DNA of 64,000 nucleotides from Eledone cirrhosa (lineage: Eukaryota). Below the pieces are notes generated by a model. The model searched no databases, was not told the DNA's origin, and saw only the letters and a program-made list of their open reading frames with translations. Each line of letters opens with the position of its first letter. Positions within the stretch are counted from its first letter, which is position 1. The position numbers and the translations under genes are program-made. Positions 1 to 11,824 of this stretch are shown here, piece after piece. The stretch covers positions 350,672,001-350,736,000 of the forward strand of contig OZ024741.1 of assembly GCA_964016885.1 (NCBI GenBank). Reading direction: 5' to 3'.

Positions 1-24
1 AATGTGTACATACTGTAATTATAT

Positions 25-98
25 CTCTACCATGGTTTCGTCCGTATTTTTAGACATCGAATAACAGGATACGTCCAGAGTATCGGACTCATCAGGAG
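25..98 (-). ncRNA. Type I hammerhead ribozyme (Penelope pLTR-type)
   Basis: Minus strand reads ctc-CTGATGA-gtccg...cggac-GAAA-ccatgg-TA-gag, giving core boxes, a long stem II, a palindromic stem III and a GUA cleavage triplet. Confidence 0.8.
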
Positions 99-414
99 TG
101 AACTCAAAATTAGACATTTAATTTTCCAAAGTGATCGTGCCAAAAATAGATTAAAAATGGCTAAGAATCGTGACGTGGCAGTGGTCAAGTTAGAAAGAAT
201 GTGATTAGTTGCTTACGGCGGGTAGGCTTATTGCTAGAAAGCGCAGCCCAATATCGCCCAATTGTATCTCAACCTAACGGGAGATTATTAAATATAAAGA
301 TTTACATATACATAAACATTGGTCTAATTGATTTTTTATATGGTTAATTATGCTAATTGGGAGAGGAAAGGGTATATATTTTATCTAATAATTCTAAAGA
401 CATGATTTATGATA

Positions 415-477
<63 letters not shown>

Positions 478-499
478 CTATATATATATAACTATATAT

Positions 500-1137
500 A
501 TATATATATTACTTGTATTAATCTCCAGAGTCTAGCTATTGGCCAGTTAATTTTATTGACTGGTTTTGGTCTATTCTATTGACTGCCGAATAACTTTGTT
601 ATATTTAACCACTCTGTCGAGAGCTTCATTCCATTTGTGATATTTTGCATTTTCGCAATATTATACACAGATGAATTCATTCGCCTAATTTAGGTGTTGC
701 CTCCCTTGCTGAACCCCACGTGGGGTCAGTTACAGACACATCTATGTGGTCTTTAGAACTGAATCCCGTTGATAACACGCATTCCTAGTTCAGTCAGGAT
801 ACGAGAAACTTAACATCCTTTATGTAAGTGGACAGTAAATGACTTACGGAGCCGCAGAAACCCCAACACTGGACTTTACCATCATTCCAGGGATCCGGTG
901 AGTATAAAACATTTATGCTTTCATATATTTTTATATCTGTATATCTGTTTGACCCGAAATAGGAGATCGAATCTTCGCTGTGTGGATAATTAATTTAACC
1001 ACCATCTCAGTGTGTTTGGCTTTTAACGTAAGTTGTAAGCTCTAATTCTTTTGAATTATTGAGCGCTTGCCTCACAATTCGAAAGTGTTTTTTCGTTATT
1101 TCATAGGCTGAAATTCGATTCTCGCTAATTTTTACTT
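500..1137. mobile_element. (TA)n-flanked non-coding module, probable Penelope pLTR/UTR; related to 5540-5797
   Basis: Shares motif blocks with 5540-5797 (gacccgaa, gtgtgtt.gg, ttttaacg..agtt.ta, tattgagc.ct, cgattctcg) and is flanked by (TA)n. Confidence 0.5.
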
Positions 1138-1192
1138 ATATATATATATATATATATAAACATATATTTTCACTAGCTCCGACAGTTGGCAG

Positions 1193-1258
1193 GTGAACAG
1201 TGAACTGTACTGATGAAGGGTAATACCCAGAAACATTAGTGTCTGCAGTTCTGTTTAC
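1193..1258 (+). ncRNA. Type I hammerhead ribozyme
   Basis: gaactgta-CTGATGA-a-gggt aat accc-a-GAAAc attagt GTC-tgcagttc. Stem I extends further (gtgaacag/ctgtttac). It sits in a ~220-bp module between (TA)n tracts. Confidence 0.85.
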
Positions 1259-1416
1259 ATGCCAACACAAGAGCAAGAATGAGGGGCTCATTCTACTGAC
1301 ATGGCTTTAAAAAATGAGGCGTGTTTGCATAATTGCAAACGAATCGAATATTATTATTAATATTCGAAAAACGGATTACATTTATATATATATATATATA
1401 GTTTTAATATAGATGA

Positions 1417-1465
1417 GATTCTACAGGACTAGAACTGTTTCATTCTTTAGAAATCATCAGGAATC
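1417..1465 (-). ncRNA. Type I hammerhead ribozyme (minimal)
   Basis: Minus strand: gattc-CTGATGA-tttctaaagaat-GAAAcag ttctagtc ctGTA-gaatc. Confidence 0.8.
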
Positions 1466-1476
1466 ATATATATGTA

Positions 1477-2120
1477 TCATCATCATCATCATTATCATTT
1501 TCGTCTTACATCTGCTTTTCCACACTAGCCTGGGTTGGATAGGCCTTTTCTAGCACTGCATCCATCCACTGATCATGGCCTCTCTAATCTCCTTTCTGAA
1601 TTTCAATGATTTAAGATCAGCTTTCCCAACCTCTACCTAGATTCTCCTTGATCTCTTTCTATTACAGCTTCCTTCCACTGGGATTTCTTGGCACTTCTTC
1701 ATCCAATAAATGTTTCTACTTTTGGCACAAGGCCAGCAAATTACCAGTACATTACTGGTACTTTATTTTATCGACCCCGTAAGGATGAAAGGCAAAGTTA
1801 ACCTTGGCGGGATTTGAACTCAGACCATAAAGGGCTGTAACTCTTTGCTGCAAAGCATGGCGTCCGACTCTCTACTGATACTGCCAATCCACTTCTTCAT
1901 CCAATAATAATCATCCATATGCATCACATGTCAATATCAGTGCAGTATTCTCTTCTGTATACCACAACTGATTTCTGTTATATCCAGCTCTTCCCCCAGC
2001 TTATTCATGCTTTCTTCTTCATGCATGACACATCTATTGGAAGATGCTCACTTCATTTCTCTCTTGTTTTCACATATACTCTGCATTCATTGCCCATATC
2101 TCGTTTTGTGATAATCTTTT
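1477..2120 (-). mobile_element. Decayed 3' end of an RTE-type LINE with (ATG)n tail, interrupted by a SINE
   Basis: (CAT)n tail at ~1477-1498 and terminal similarity to the 3' end of the RTE at 57200-57387. Confidence 0.6.
1710..1892 (-). mobile_element. tRNA-derived Meta-domain-like SINE
   Basis: Box-B-like gagttcaaatcc and core ttgcctttcatccttacggggtcgataaaataaagtaccag. Flanked by the target duplication cacttcttcatccaataa (1692-1709 / 1890-1907). Confidence 0.85.
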
Positions 2121-2129
2121 CCGCTTATG

Positions 2130-2930
2130 CTCCAACTTTCCAAGGAAGGGGAACAATGGATATGATCTTCTCAGGTAGACAGCTACAGGAAAAGTGCATA
2201 GAACAGCACATGCCTTCGTAACAAGTTTTTATTGACTTGACTAAGGCTTTTGATACAATCAACAGAGAAGCCTTATGGATCATTCTTAGCAAATTAGGTT
2301 GTCTACAGAAATTGTTGCAGATCTTCAAACAACTACATCGAGACATGAAGGTCAAGGTTGCATTTAATGGAAAATTCTTGGAACAAATTTCTGTGGACAA
2401 TGATGTTAAGCAGGAGGAAATTCCTACTATAACAATATTTGCAATATACTTTACCATTCTCCTTGCTTATGCATTCCACGACTATAATCGAGGCATAAAC
2501 CCACATTTCCGAACATATTTAATTATGAATCTGTGACATTCAATGTGTTAATTCAAGTTTTACAAAGTTCAGGATGCTCTACAACCGGTTCCTTTGTCAT
2601 TAAGAATCAGATGCACAAGGCTTTCAAAGGAAATCTTTTATGGTGAGCTTGTGTAAGGAAAAAGAGCACAGCATAAGACTAAGGAAAGGTACTAAAATTT
2701 ATTAAGGAAAATGGAAATGATTAGTGGAATTGAAATTTCTATCACCGTGTCCTTCTCTCAAGCCTATTTGTAAACCATATGAAAACACATGAACAGACAC
2801 TGACTCAGGCAGATTATGATGGAAATCTCCCTGCACCTTCAGGTGTGTTTACTTGTCAAATTTGTGACAATATCCGGGTTAAAGCGCCATAACATTCCGC
2901 ATCCTGATCCGATAAACCCAAACATACACT
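2130..2930 (+). pseudogene. Decayed RTE/BovB-type LINE reverse transcriptase fragments
   Basis: GRGTMDMIFSGRQLQEKCIEQ and FIDLTKAFDTINREALWIILSKLG motifs, with stops and deletions. Confidence 0.8.
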
Positions 2931-3080
2931 GATATAGATAAAGATAAAAGATAAAAGTAAAAAATGAAATAAAGAGTTAGAAAATTATACAATAGAAATA
3001 CAGTGGTCTGAAAGTATTGTCACCCCTTGTCAAATAATGTTTTAACTTTCATTATTTTTTTGTTTTAATAATATAATATA

Positions 3081-3988
3081 CTAGCAGTGGTACTCGGCGT
3101 TGCACGGGATAAGGTATTTTGGAACGCGGGCCACCAACAGACCTAATCGTGGAAAAACTGCATGCCTGGGCAATATGTAAAGAAAATAAACCGAATACTC
3201 TGATGGCTGGATAATCTTTAAGATTTTCCTCGATGAAGCAGGAAAAATGCAGGTTTTCACCTAATGCGGGCCCTAGGGGATCAAGAAAATAAATTTTTTT
3301 TATGTGCATAATATGCCTTGAAATTTTGGGAAAATCAGCTAGACGTAACGCCTCAAAAAAGCCCTAAGAAGCTGAAAAAAGGAAGTATTTCACCTAATGC
3401 GGGCCCTAGGCCATAAAAAAGTTGGATTTTCTTTGCTCACGGTATGAAGAAGAGACTGACTAGTACATAGTTACAATTTCAAGGAAATCAGTCTGACATA
3501 ACGCCTAAAAAAAAAAACTAAAAACCTGAAAAAACGCAGTTTTTCACCTAATGCGGGCTCTGGATTTTTTTATGTGCATAACACTCCTTAAAACATAAGT
3601 AATACACATGTAAAATTTGAAAAAAGTCGGTTGGGTATTTCTCGAGTTTTAGGGATTCAAACTCACAGACACACACACACACAGACATCCTCAGGGAAGT
3701 GACGTAATACAGACAGCCAGGCATACAGACAGATATTATAAGGGCGCGACGTTATATGTATGTATCTATCTAAAAAGAGAAAGACTAAGAATTATAGCGA
3801 GAATAGCTAAATCGCCTAATGCGGTCTCTAGGGCATTGAAAATTTGAATTATTTTTGCTCAGAACACTCCCTGAAACATAAGTATTATATGTGTAAAGTT
3901 TGAAAACAGTCGGTTGGGTGTTTCTCGAGTTTTAGGGATTCAAACTTACAGACACACAGACAGACATCCTCAGTTTTATATACATAGA
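3081..3988 (-). mobile_element. Non-autonomous Helitron (complete TC...CTAG)
   Basis: Minus strand starts TCTATGTATATAAAAC and ends with the hairpin cccgtgcaacgccgag followed by CTAG|T. Internal repeats cacctaatgcgggccctagg. Same family as 29255-29520. Confidence 0.8.
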
Positions 3989-4517
3989 CTAGCAGAAAAC
4001 CACCCGGTGGGCGGTTTTCTGCTAGCAAATCTAGTGTATATACTGATATTGTTGAGATTTGGATGAGAAATGTTTTCGGCACCACATGTTCACCGTCTCT
4101 CGGTGTGTCTTTTATGCATGTATAAATATATATGTTATCTATACGGTGAAATTTTTGAAATAAATATATGTTAAAACGAAAAAGGAGAAAAAGAGATTAG
4201 TGACGGAAATATAAACGTTATGATACATAAACGTTATGATATAACGATGGAAATATATCTTCAAATGGTCCCTGGCATGGTATCAAGTCAGAACCGCCTC
4301 GAACTGGTTACTTCTGGCTTGTGCAAGGTGTCTCTATAGCAACCAGCGATTCCCTCGGCCTCAGTGACCAAAGTCAGTGGAGAGGGGAAGGTAATGTTTC
4401 TATAGCGACAGTGTTTCTCTTGGTAGTACCAAAGTGGAGAAAGGAAGGGGAAGGTAATATTTCTGTAGCACCTACATTTGAGTTTTAGGGAAGGACAGAC
4501 AGACAGACAAACAGAGA

Positions 4518-4533
4518 AATGCCCATATATTTC

Positions 4534-4588
<55 letters not shown>

Positions 4589-4796
4589 CACACACAGAAA
4601 TGTATATATATTTCTGTGTGTGTATATATATATATATATATTACACACACAGAAATGTATATATATTTCTGTGTGTATATATATATATATATTACGCACA
4701 CAAAAATCTATATATATTTCTGTGTGTATATATATATATTTCTCTGTGTGTATATATATATATATATTACACACACAGAAATGTATATATATTTCT
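4518..4796. repeat. Composite (TA)n / acacacagaaatg...atttctgtgtgt palindromic minisatellite
   Basis: Tandem self-complementary units. A second array lies at 8047-8290. Confidence 0.85.
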
Positions 4797-4917
4797 TAGA
4801 ACAAAATTATTATTAATGTTTTGCTGTTCATAACAATTGGAATTGAAAAATTACTTTTGAAATTATTAGTTATTTTACTAATGCTTAGATATGTAAAAAT
4901 GAAGCAATATTTCTAAT

Positions 4918-5105
4918 AATTGTTTCTACTTTTGGCACAAGGCCAGCAAATACCCAGTACATTACTGGTACTTTATTTTATCGACCCGTGAGGATGAAAG
5001 GCAAAGTTAACCTCGGCGGTATTTGAACTCAGACCGTAAAGGGACGAAACTCCATGCTATGAAGCATGGTGTCCGACTCTCTACAGATTCTGCCAATCCA
5101 CCGCC
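4918..5105 (-). mobile_element. Meta-domain-like SINE
   Basis: Same family as 1710-1892. Confidence 0.85.
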
Positions 5106-5399
5106 CTAATGTCTGTACGTAATGAGGGAGTGAGAGGGGAGAGAAAGAAAGGCAGAGGTGAAGTGACGAAGTGACTCCTCCTCCTCCTCCATCTCCCCAT
5201 TCGTCATAGCGATAGAGGGGAGGAATGTTAGTGTGTTACAAAGAGAAAGAGTGAGAGTGAGAGAAACAGACAGACTAAAAGAGAGGGATAGCTGGAGAGA
5301 GAGAGAGATAGCAACCACGCGCGCGCGTGTTTCCACTGTCGGACAGACAGACAGAGAAATTGGTGGTTATATATTATAAGGAGACTAGAACTGTTACAC

Positions 5400-5495
<96 letters not shown>

Positions 5496-5539
5496 GTAAT
5501 AATAATAAATTTTTTATTTTAATAAATATATATATATAT

Positions 5540-5793
5540 CCTTCTAGCGGGTCCGGCTGAGTTTTTTTACATTCATTTAATTTATTAATTTATTGATATT
5601 TTATTTGAGTGACCCGAATCTTCCTGGTCGTTCTTTTTCGGCTGCACGGGTGATTTTAGGCATGATCTCTGTGTGTTGGTATTTTAACGATAGTTATAGC
5701 TCTGGTTTATCCAAACTATTGAGCCCTCTGCCACACATGTCGGATATTGTTTATCGTGATTTCGTGGGCCGATATTCCGATTCTCGATCATTC

Positions 5794-5797
<4 letters not shown>
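5540..5797. mobile_element. (TA)n-flanked non-coding module, probable Penelope pLTR fragment
   Basis: Divergent homolog of 890-1137. Confidence 0.45.
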
Positions 5798-5835
<38 letters not shown>

Positions 5836-6564
5836 GCGTGCGTGTGTGTGTGTGTGTGTGCGTGTGTGTATGTGTGCACGCGTATACATACATGTATATG
5901 TATGAGTATATAAAATTAAACGCGCTAACACAGGCACACTTAGAAAAATACACACTTACAGACATACATTCACACAATCACATAGATACACTCACAGAAA
6001 GACACACACACACATACATTTACACAAACACATACACACATGCACTCACACCCAGCGAAGCAAATGGAACGCCAGCCAGTTTTTGTATAGTTATTTCACC
6101 ATCACCTTCCTTCCTTTTACACACACATAAATCCGTACAAACACACATACACACACATTGTGTGACGGACGGAAGTCGCTCAAATTTAAATATAGATTTC
6201 TAATGGAGTATGTTTCAAAGTTTCGAAGGTTGTAATGCATGTACACAGTCATACATTTAATTGTAAATCTTAACGTTTTCCCCCGCCAAGAAAATAACTC
6301 GCAACATTTATAAACCACAAGAATTCTACGTTTTACTAGACTTTACAATTTAAATTTTTGTCAAAAGGAATTCCATTTGAAATTACGATTGAGTGGGATA
6401 AAATCAACATCTGGTGTAGAAGAGATTAATCTTACCACATAGGTTGGTGCTATCTCCAAACAAAAATTCCCAAGCACCACGGATCCATTTACCATTTATA
6501 TGGGCCCTCGTAATATAGACAAGAGATGGTACCAATAACAATAATACAACAACATTGACAAGGA

Positions 6565-6770
6565 ACACCCTTTGTGGTCACCTGATCTGTTAGAAATAGC
6601 AGTCAAATCTCTTTTAAATCCCACGGCGCTGTCACAAACTTCATTTGAAAAAGAAAAACAATAACACATTCATAGATCTTGTAAACAAAACAGGGTGGGA
6701 TTGGCTGGAACACCTTTGATCATAGGTTAGCTTGTTCAATGCCAAGGTGCGGCTATACAACCACAACAAA
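6565..6770 (+). mobile_element. 3' part of a (CAA)n-tailed retroposon typical of octopus repeats
   Basis: ggctggaacacctttgatcatagg...ggctatacaaccacaacaa. The motif ctgttagaaatagcag recurs at 38950-39118. Family assignment is from memory. Confidence 0.5.
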
Positions 6771-7013
6771 ACCAAAGGTTGCTCTAATACAGAGATTCTC
6801 AAAGTATTGGGGTCACCGCCTCCTCACGGCCACATAATACCCCCAGCGCCCCCACCACCTCTATTTCCATAGATATCTGCCTACATGCAAATTGTAAATA
6901 ATATATAATAAATAAAATCATTAATTTACGGGGTCGATAAAATAAAGTACAAGTAATGCACTGGGTAATTGCTGGCCTTGTGCCTAAAGTAGAAACAATT
7001 AATTTATATATAA

Positions 7014-7635
7014 CTAGCAGAATGGCCCGGCGTTGCTCGGGATTCTAAACATAGATTGGCATGTTTATCCCTCCTTTCTGAAACAGTTTCGTCGTATGTT
7101 TACCAATTGATGCAGAAGTCCTAATAAAAAGTGAAGTCGCCTTGGGTTAATAGGCAAATAATTTTCCATTAAGAATTTTCAAAAGCATGTAATTGCGTTC
7201 CCTCTCCATTTTGTTGTTGTTTTTGGTGCTGTCGAGCCTCGTGAAATAAATACGTTTGTTTATATTTTGTTATTGTGTGCGGTGGATTGGCAGTATCGGT
7301 AGAGGGTCGGACGCCATGCTTTCCAGCATAGTTATGTCCCTTTACGATCTGAGTTCAAATCCCGCCGAGGTTGACTTTGCCTTTCATCCTTATGGGGTCG
7401 ATAAAATAAAGTACCAGTAATGCACTGGGTAATTGCTGGCCTTGTGCCTGAAGTAGAAACAGTTATTGTGTATGCAAAAATATCTGTACACGAATATATA
7501 ATTATATATATATATATATAAATAACAGATTAAAGTTTAAGCGGAGAATCGCTGCTTTCACCCTTAACGGGATCCTCTGAAACTAAAAATATAGTTCTGT
7601 GAACGCAGAAGTAAATATTTCGAAAAACGTTACAC

Positions 7636-7682
<47 letters not shown>

Positions 7683-8070
7683 GTGTTATAATGGTAGCTA
7701 TGGTGCTTCCATAGGCGATATGCCAGTTGAACACTCAATGTTCTTACAGAGCAGAGTGTGATTAATATAAAAAAAACGAAAAATCAGTGATGCATCTAGA
7801 CTCAGTTTATTGCGTGTTACAATTGTTTCGCCGGCAGATAACTCGAGACATGATCATTGTATGGATCTACAACTGCAGGTTCTTCGGACCCATGCAATGC
7901 TTTCGGAGCAAATTTTCTCACTGGGATGTTAGCTTCAAAAAACACCTTCCATAAAAACATCTTCCACTCTTGTCTTGCCATTGGCTGTTGTTTTTCTACG
8001 TCATCATAAATTCTGGTCACTATTTGCTGCCACACTGGTCATCAGCTACACAGAAATATATATACATTTC

Positions 8071-8146
<76 letters not shown>

Positions 8147-8170
8147 CACACAGAAATGTATATATATTTC

Positions 8171-8209
<39 letters not shown>

Positions 8210-8598
8210 TACACACACAGAAATGTATATATATTTCTGTGTGTATATATATATATATTACACACACAGAGAAATGTATATATGTTTCTGTAGCACTCCT
8301 CAATTCCCCCTCTCTCCCTCCCGCTATCCCCCTCTTGTAGTCTGTCTCTTTCTTTCACTCTCACTCTCTCTCTCTACGCGTGCGCAAAAAACATTCGCAC
8401 GCGCGCACGTATTTTAGCGTCTATTCACTCTCTCTCTCTCTCCCTCCCGCTATCCCCCTCTCGTAGTCTGTCTCTTTCTTTCACTCTCACTCTCTCTCTA
8501 CGCGTGCGCAAAAAACATTCGCACGCGCGCACGTGTTTCCACTGTCGGACAGACAGATAGACAAACAGAGAAATTGCTGGTTATATATTATAAGGAGA
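7014..8598 (-). mobile_element. Non-autonomous Helitron (composite)
   Basis: Minus strand reads A|TCTCCTTATAAT ... cccgagcaacgccggg hairpin, ctgCTAG|T. The 5' end is shared with 5384. Confidence 0.7.
7279..7461 (+). mobile_element. Meta-domain-like SINE
   Basis: Full-length copy with TSD gttattgtgt (7269-7278 / 7462-7471). Confidence 0.85.
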
Positions 8599-8624
8599 TA
8601 ATATCATTAATTATAATATATAAA

Positions 8625-8815
8625 GGTGGTGGATTGGCAGTATCGGTAGAGGGTCGGACGCCATGCTTTGCAGCATAGAGTTACATCCCTTTACTGACTG
8701 AGTTCAAATCCCGCCGAGGTTAACTTTGCCTTTCATCCTTACGGGGTCAATAAAATAAAGTACCAGTAATGTACTGGGTGATTGCTGGCCTTGTGCCAAA
8801 AGTAGAAACAATTAA
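8625..8815 (+). mobile_element. Meta-domain-like SINE
   Basis: Full-length family copy. Confidence 0.85.
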
Positions 8816-8839
8816 TTATAATATATAATAATATAATTT

Positions 8840-9042
8840 TCTATTTCAGAGCTCCTACAGTTTGGAAGAGAGGCTGCTTGCAAATGTATGGACACATGAT
8901 CGTGTGCATTCTGGCAAGAGCATGGAGGATGTGTGACATGACTTCACCAGCCCCTCCGAAGAGGACGATGCTGCCATGGGAACATAATCTGTTTCTCATT
9001 ACTTTTTGGTAGGGGGTGACAAGACTTTCAGACTACCCTGTA
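8840..9042 (+). mobile_element. Tc1/IS630-type transposon remnant
   Basis: YSLEERLL...GKSMEDV*HDF resembles a transposase N-terminal HTH. It ends in ...ctaccctg|TA like a Tc1 TIR. Confidence 0.4.
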
Positions 9043-9215
9043 CTTTAAAGAATAGAAGGATATAAGAGTATCCTGATAATTGACAGTTATTAGATGACAG
9101 TTATTAGATGCTAGATATTTGGCTAAATTAGGTGTTGTTGAGAAGGAAAGTTCGAAAGTATTTTTGTTTAACAGTTTGTGGTACTTATGTGACTGGGGAA
9201 AATTTTTATCAATTA

Positions 9216-11170
9216 CTAGCAGAAGTGCCCGGCGTTGCTCGGGGCTGAATTGCTTGAAAGTACTGTTAATGATTGCACTGAATTATGATTATTCAGGCAA
9301 AGATTGATATAAGTTTACGCCGAATGAATCTATTTGTAAGTATATAGAAAGCCCTGTAAAGGGGTTCCTACCCCCTCGTAGAATGGTGTAAGAATTGAAT
9401 GTGAGGTCGCCTTGAAAAGGGCCATGTTATTGTTCTCATAATTGTAAGAATTTGATAGTCGTGGAAGGGGGTGTAAAACGTTCGCAGGTGAATAGGGCCT
9501 CTTCGTTTTCCACGAACGGCAGCGGATGTGCTGTTACAAAACTTCATGGTGTGTTAAAAGAGAATCGATGCCCTATGAAGGCAAGAGGGGAATTAAGTAT
9601 GGGTAAGTAAATACGGGTAATTTATAAAATCTAGAACAATAGCATCTACTCACCATATGTCAGACCGGCAAGACTGTAGTGGTGCTGAATAGATGAATCA
9701 CAACACGTCTGTGGTGGAGATGTTGTTTTCATTGATCGGCGTTATGAGTAAATTTGTTGTTGTATAAAATGATCTGTTGCTTAGTTTTGAAAGTGTATGT
9801 TGCGATTGTGTTGTCGCTGATGTAAACTTTAATAGTGAGAGTGTAGATGTAGGGGTAGATGTCTCATGTACGTTGGATATAGAAGATGAGGCTGCTGGTT
9901 TGATGACGAATGAATGGAAATAGAGGTGAGCGGAGGACAGGTGTTGGTTAAGTGTGAAGTAATTTCAGGAAACGCCTAAAAATGTAAATGCCATCATAAA
10001 AGTGAGTCGTATGTAAGTGAAATACTAACGTGTTGTTCCAAAATGATGAAGCGTAGTAATCCTATAAAACCTCCTTGTACACAATGTTTTTCGTTTTTCG
10101 TTGTGGAACGAACGCGAAAGCATCACTGTTGCTGCCAACACGCGAGCAGCCAACGAAAAGCTGACCATGAGAGAAACATGGCTCCCCCAAATGTATTCCC
10201 GCCACAGACAGTGTTTGACCCTGCGCTTTGTTAATTGACATAGCGAAACATGGCCTTACTGGGAACTGGGACCTCCGAAATGTGAAAGGTAGGTCTGCTC
10301 CTGATGGGAAAAGATGCATCCTAGGCATGAGCACAACGTTGCCTCGACCGCACCCTGTGATAATTGTGGCCTCAATCAGATTGGGAGATAAGGACTTAAC
10401 GATCAAACGTGTGCCATTGCATTGTTTCGGGGGGACCAAATTTCTAATGAGCATTATAGGGACACCAAGTGTATAGAAACGTAAATTGAAACAAAGAAAA
10501 TGAACTGACATTTTTAAGAAAGGAATTTGTTTACGTACATGTTGCAAATGGCAAATGTTTGTGCAGTTGTCAGAAATATAACCAGGGTACATTTGTGGAA
10601 CTGATGTATTATAATGAATAGTCCATCTCGTTCAGGGTGAAAATTAACAGCCGAAAATGAAAATAATTATGTCGTTTAATTTTACGATTTAAAGAAAAGA
10701 ATTGTCGCAAATTATTAGTTTATTTTTTAATGAAGTGTGTATTTGTGGTTATAAATCCCGCACGTTGTTTAATTGCTTTAAATTATTTTGATCAATTTAT
10801 GTGATGGTGTGTTTGTAAATAAATCATTAAGTTTGAAACAACTAAAAGTTAGTGTGGTTATAAATCACGCACGTTGTTTAATTGCTTTAAATATTTTTTT
10901 ATCATTTGAAGTGAGTGTGTGTTTGTATGCGTTTGGAAATAAATCAGTAAGTTTGAAGTATAAAAGAGAAAGTAGCAAAATGTGTGGGTTTTAGATAGAG
11001 GCAAGCAGATGATATGAGAGAGTAAAACGGACAGTATCACCATCAACATGAACAATGTAAAATGAAAAGAATAATTTACTTTCATTTTACGTGTTTCAGC
11101 TTGGAAAGAGAAAGTAGCAGAAAGTATGAAGTTGTATAGATTTTGAATGGTAATGGGAAGAGGTACCCAG
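9216..11170 (-). mobile_element. Helitron 3' portion
   Basis: Terminal hairpin plus CTAG at 9216, downstream of a PIF1 helicase C-terminal fragment. The 5' boundary is uncertain. Confidence 0.75.
10062..10470 (-). pseudogene. Helitron RepHel PIF1-family helicase, C-terminal fragment
   Basis: GVPIMLIRNL, CNGTRLIV, QFPVRPCFAMSINKAQGQTL, FSHGQLFVGCSRV, TKNIVYKEVL. Confidence 0.95.
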
Positions 11171-11339
11171 TTTAAATGAGAGAGGAATAAATCGTAAAAT
11201 ATTGAGTTTTATCGATTTTTTGCGTAATTGTGGGTGAAATTGAAAGAATTATATGTGCGAATACTGAATTGTAAATTTCAATTGAAGAAATTCTATATCG
11301 TAGATTTCTATAACAAAGGAGCATGACCATACACTGAGC

Positions 11340-11455
11340 TTTATAGATTATGATACTAAAGAACCATTTAGGTATATTTGAAGTTATATGTTTGCTATAT
11401 GGGGGATTAAACCATGTCGAGGGCATTCGACAGTTAGTTTTATTGCTCAAACTCG
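11340..11455 (-). pseudogene. Penelope-like (Naiad-type) linker fragment
   Basis: TWFNPPYSKHITSNIPKWF matches the WFNPPYSRSVASNIPRIF stretch at ~62215. Confidence 0.65.
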
Positions 11456-11479
11456 ACACAGATGCTCATAGCAACAATA

Positions 11480-11775
11480 ATTGCTTCATATTTTGGCACA
11501 ATGCCAGCAATTATCCCAGTGCATTACTTGTACTTTATTTTCTCGACCCTGTAAGGATGAAAGGCAAAGTTAACATCGGCGGGATTTGAACTCAGATCGT
11601 AAAGGGCCGTCTCTCTATGCTGCAAAGCATGGCGTCCGACCCTCTACCGATACAATAATCGTTTCTACTTTTGGTACAAGGCCAGCAATTATTCCAGTGC
11701 ATTACTGGTACTTTATTTTCTCGACCCCGTAAGGGCCGTCACTCTATGCTGCAAAGCATGGCGTCCGACCCTCTA
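11480..11775 (-). mobile_element. Two tandem Meta-domain-like SINE copies (second internally deleted)
   Basis: Family similarity. Confidence 0.8.
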
Positions 11776-11824
11776 CAATAATGAACAGGAGTCCCGTCTC
11801 TTACACACAACTTACAACTACTAG

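Larger units (their letters stand above)
3989..5384 (-). mobile_element. Non-autonomous Helitron with internal palindromic satellite and a SINE insertion
   Basis: 5' end TCTCCTTATAATATATAACC (minus). 3' ...ctgCTAG directly abuts the TC of the previous Helitron. Confidence 0.6.

Noticed and set aside
7817-8035. 72-aa ORF as a captured gene fragment in a Helitron
   Set aside because: No motif I can identify; it needs a BLASTX search.
11794-11812. Resemblance to the Tn5/Nextera mosaic end (CTGTCTCTTATACACATCT)
   Set aside because: It has three mismatches and belongs to a longer 39-bp motif duplicated at 15293-15331, so it is better explained as genomic sequence.
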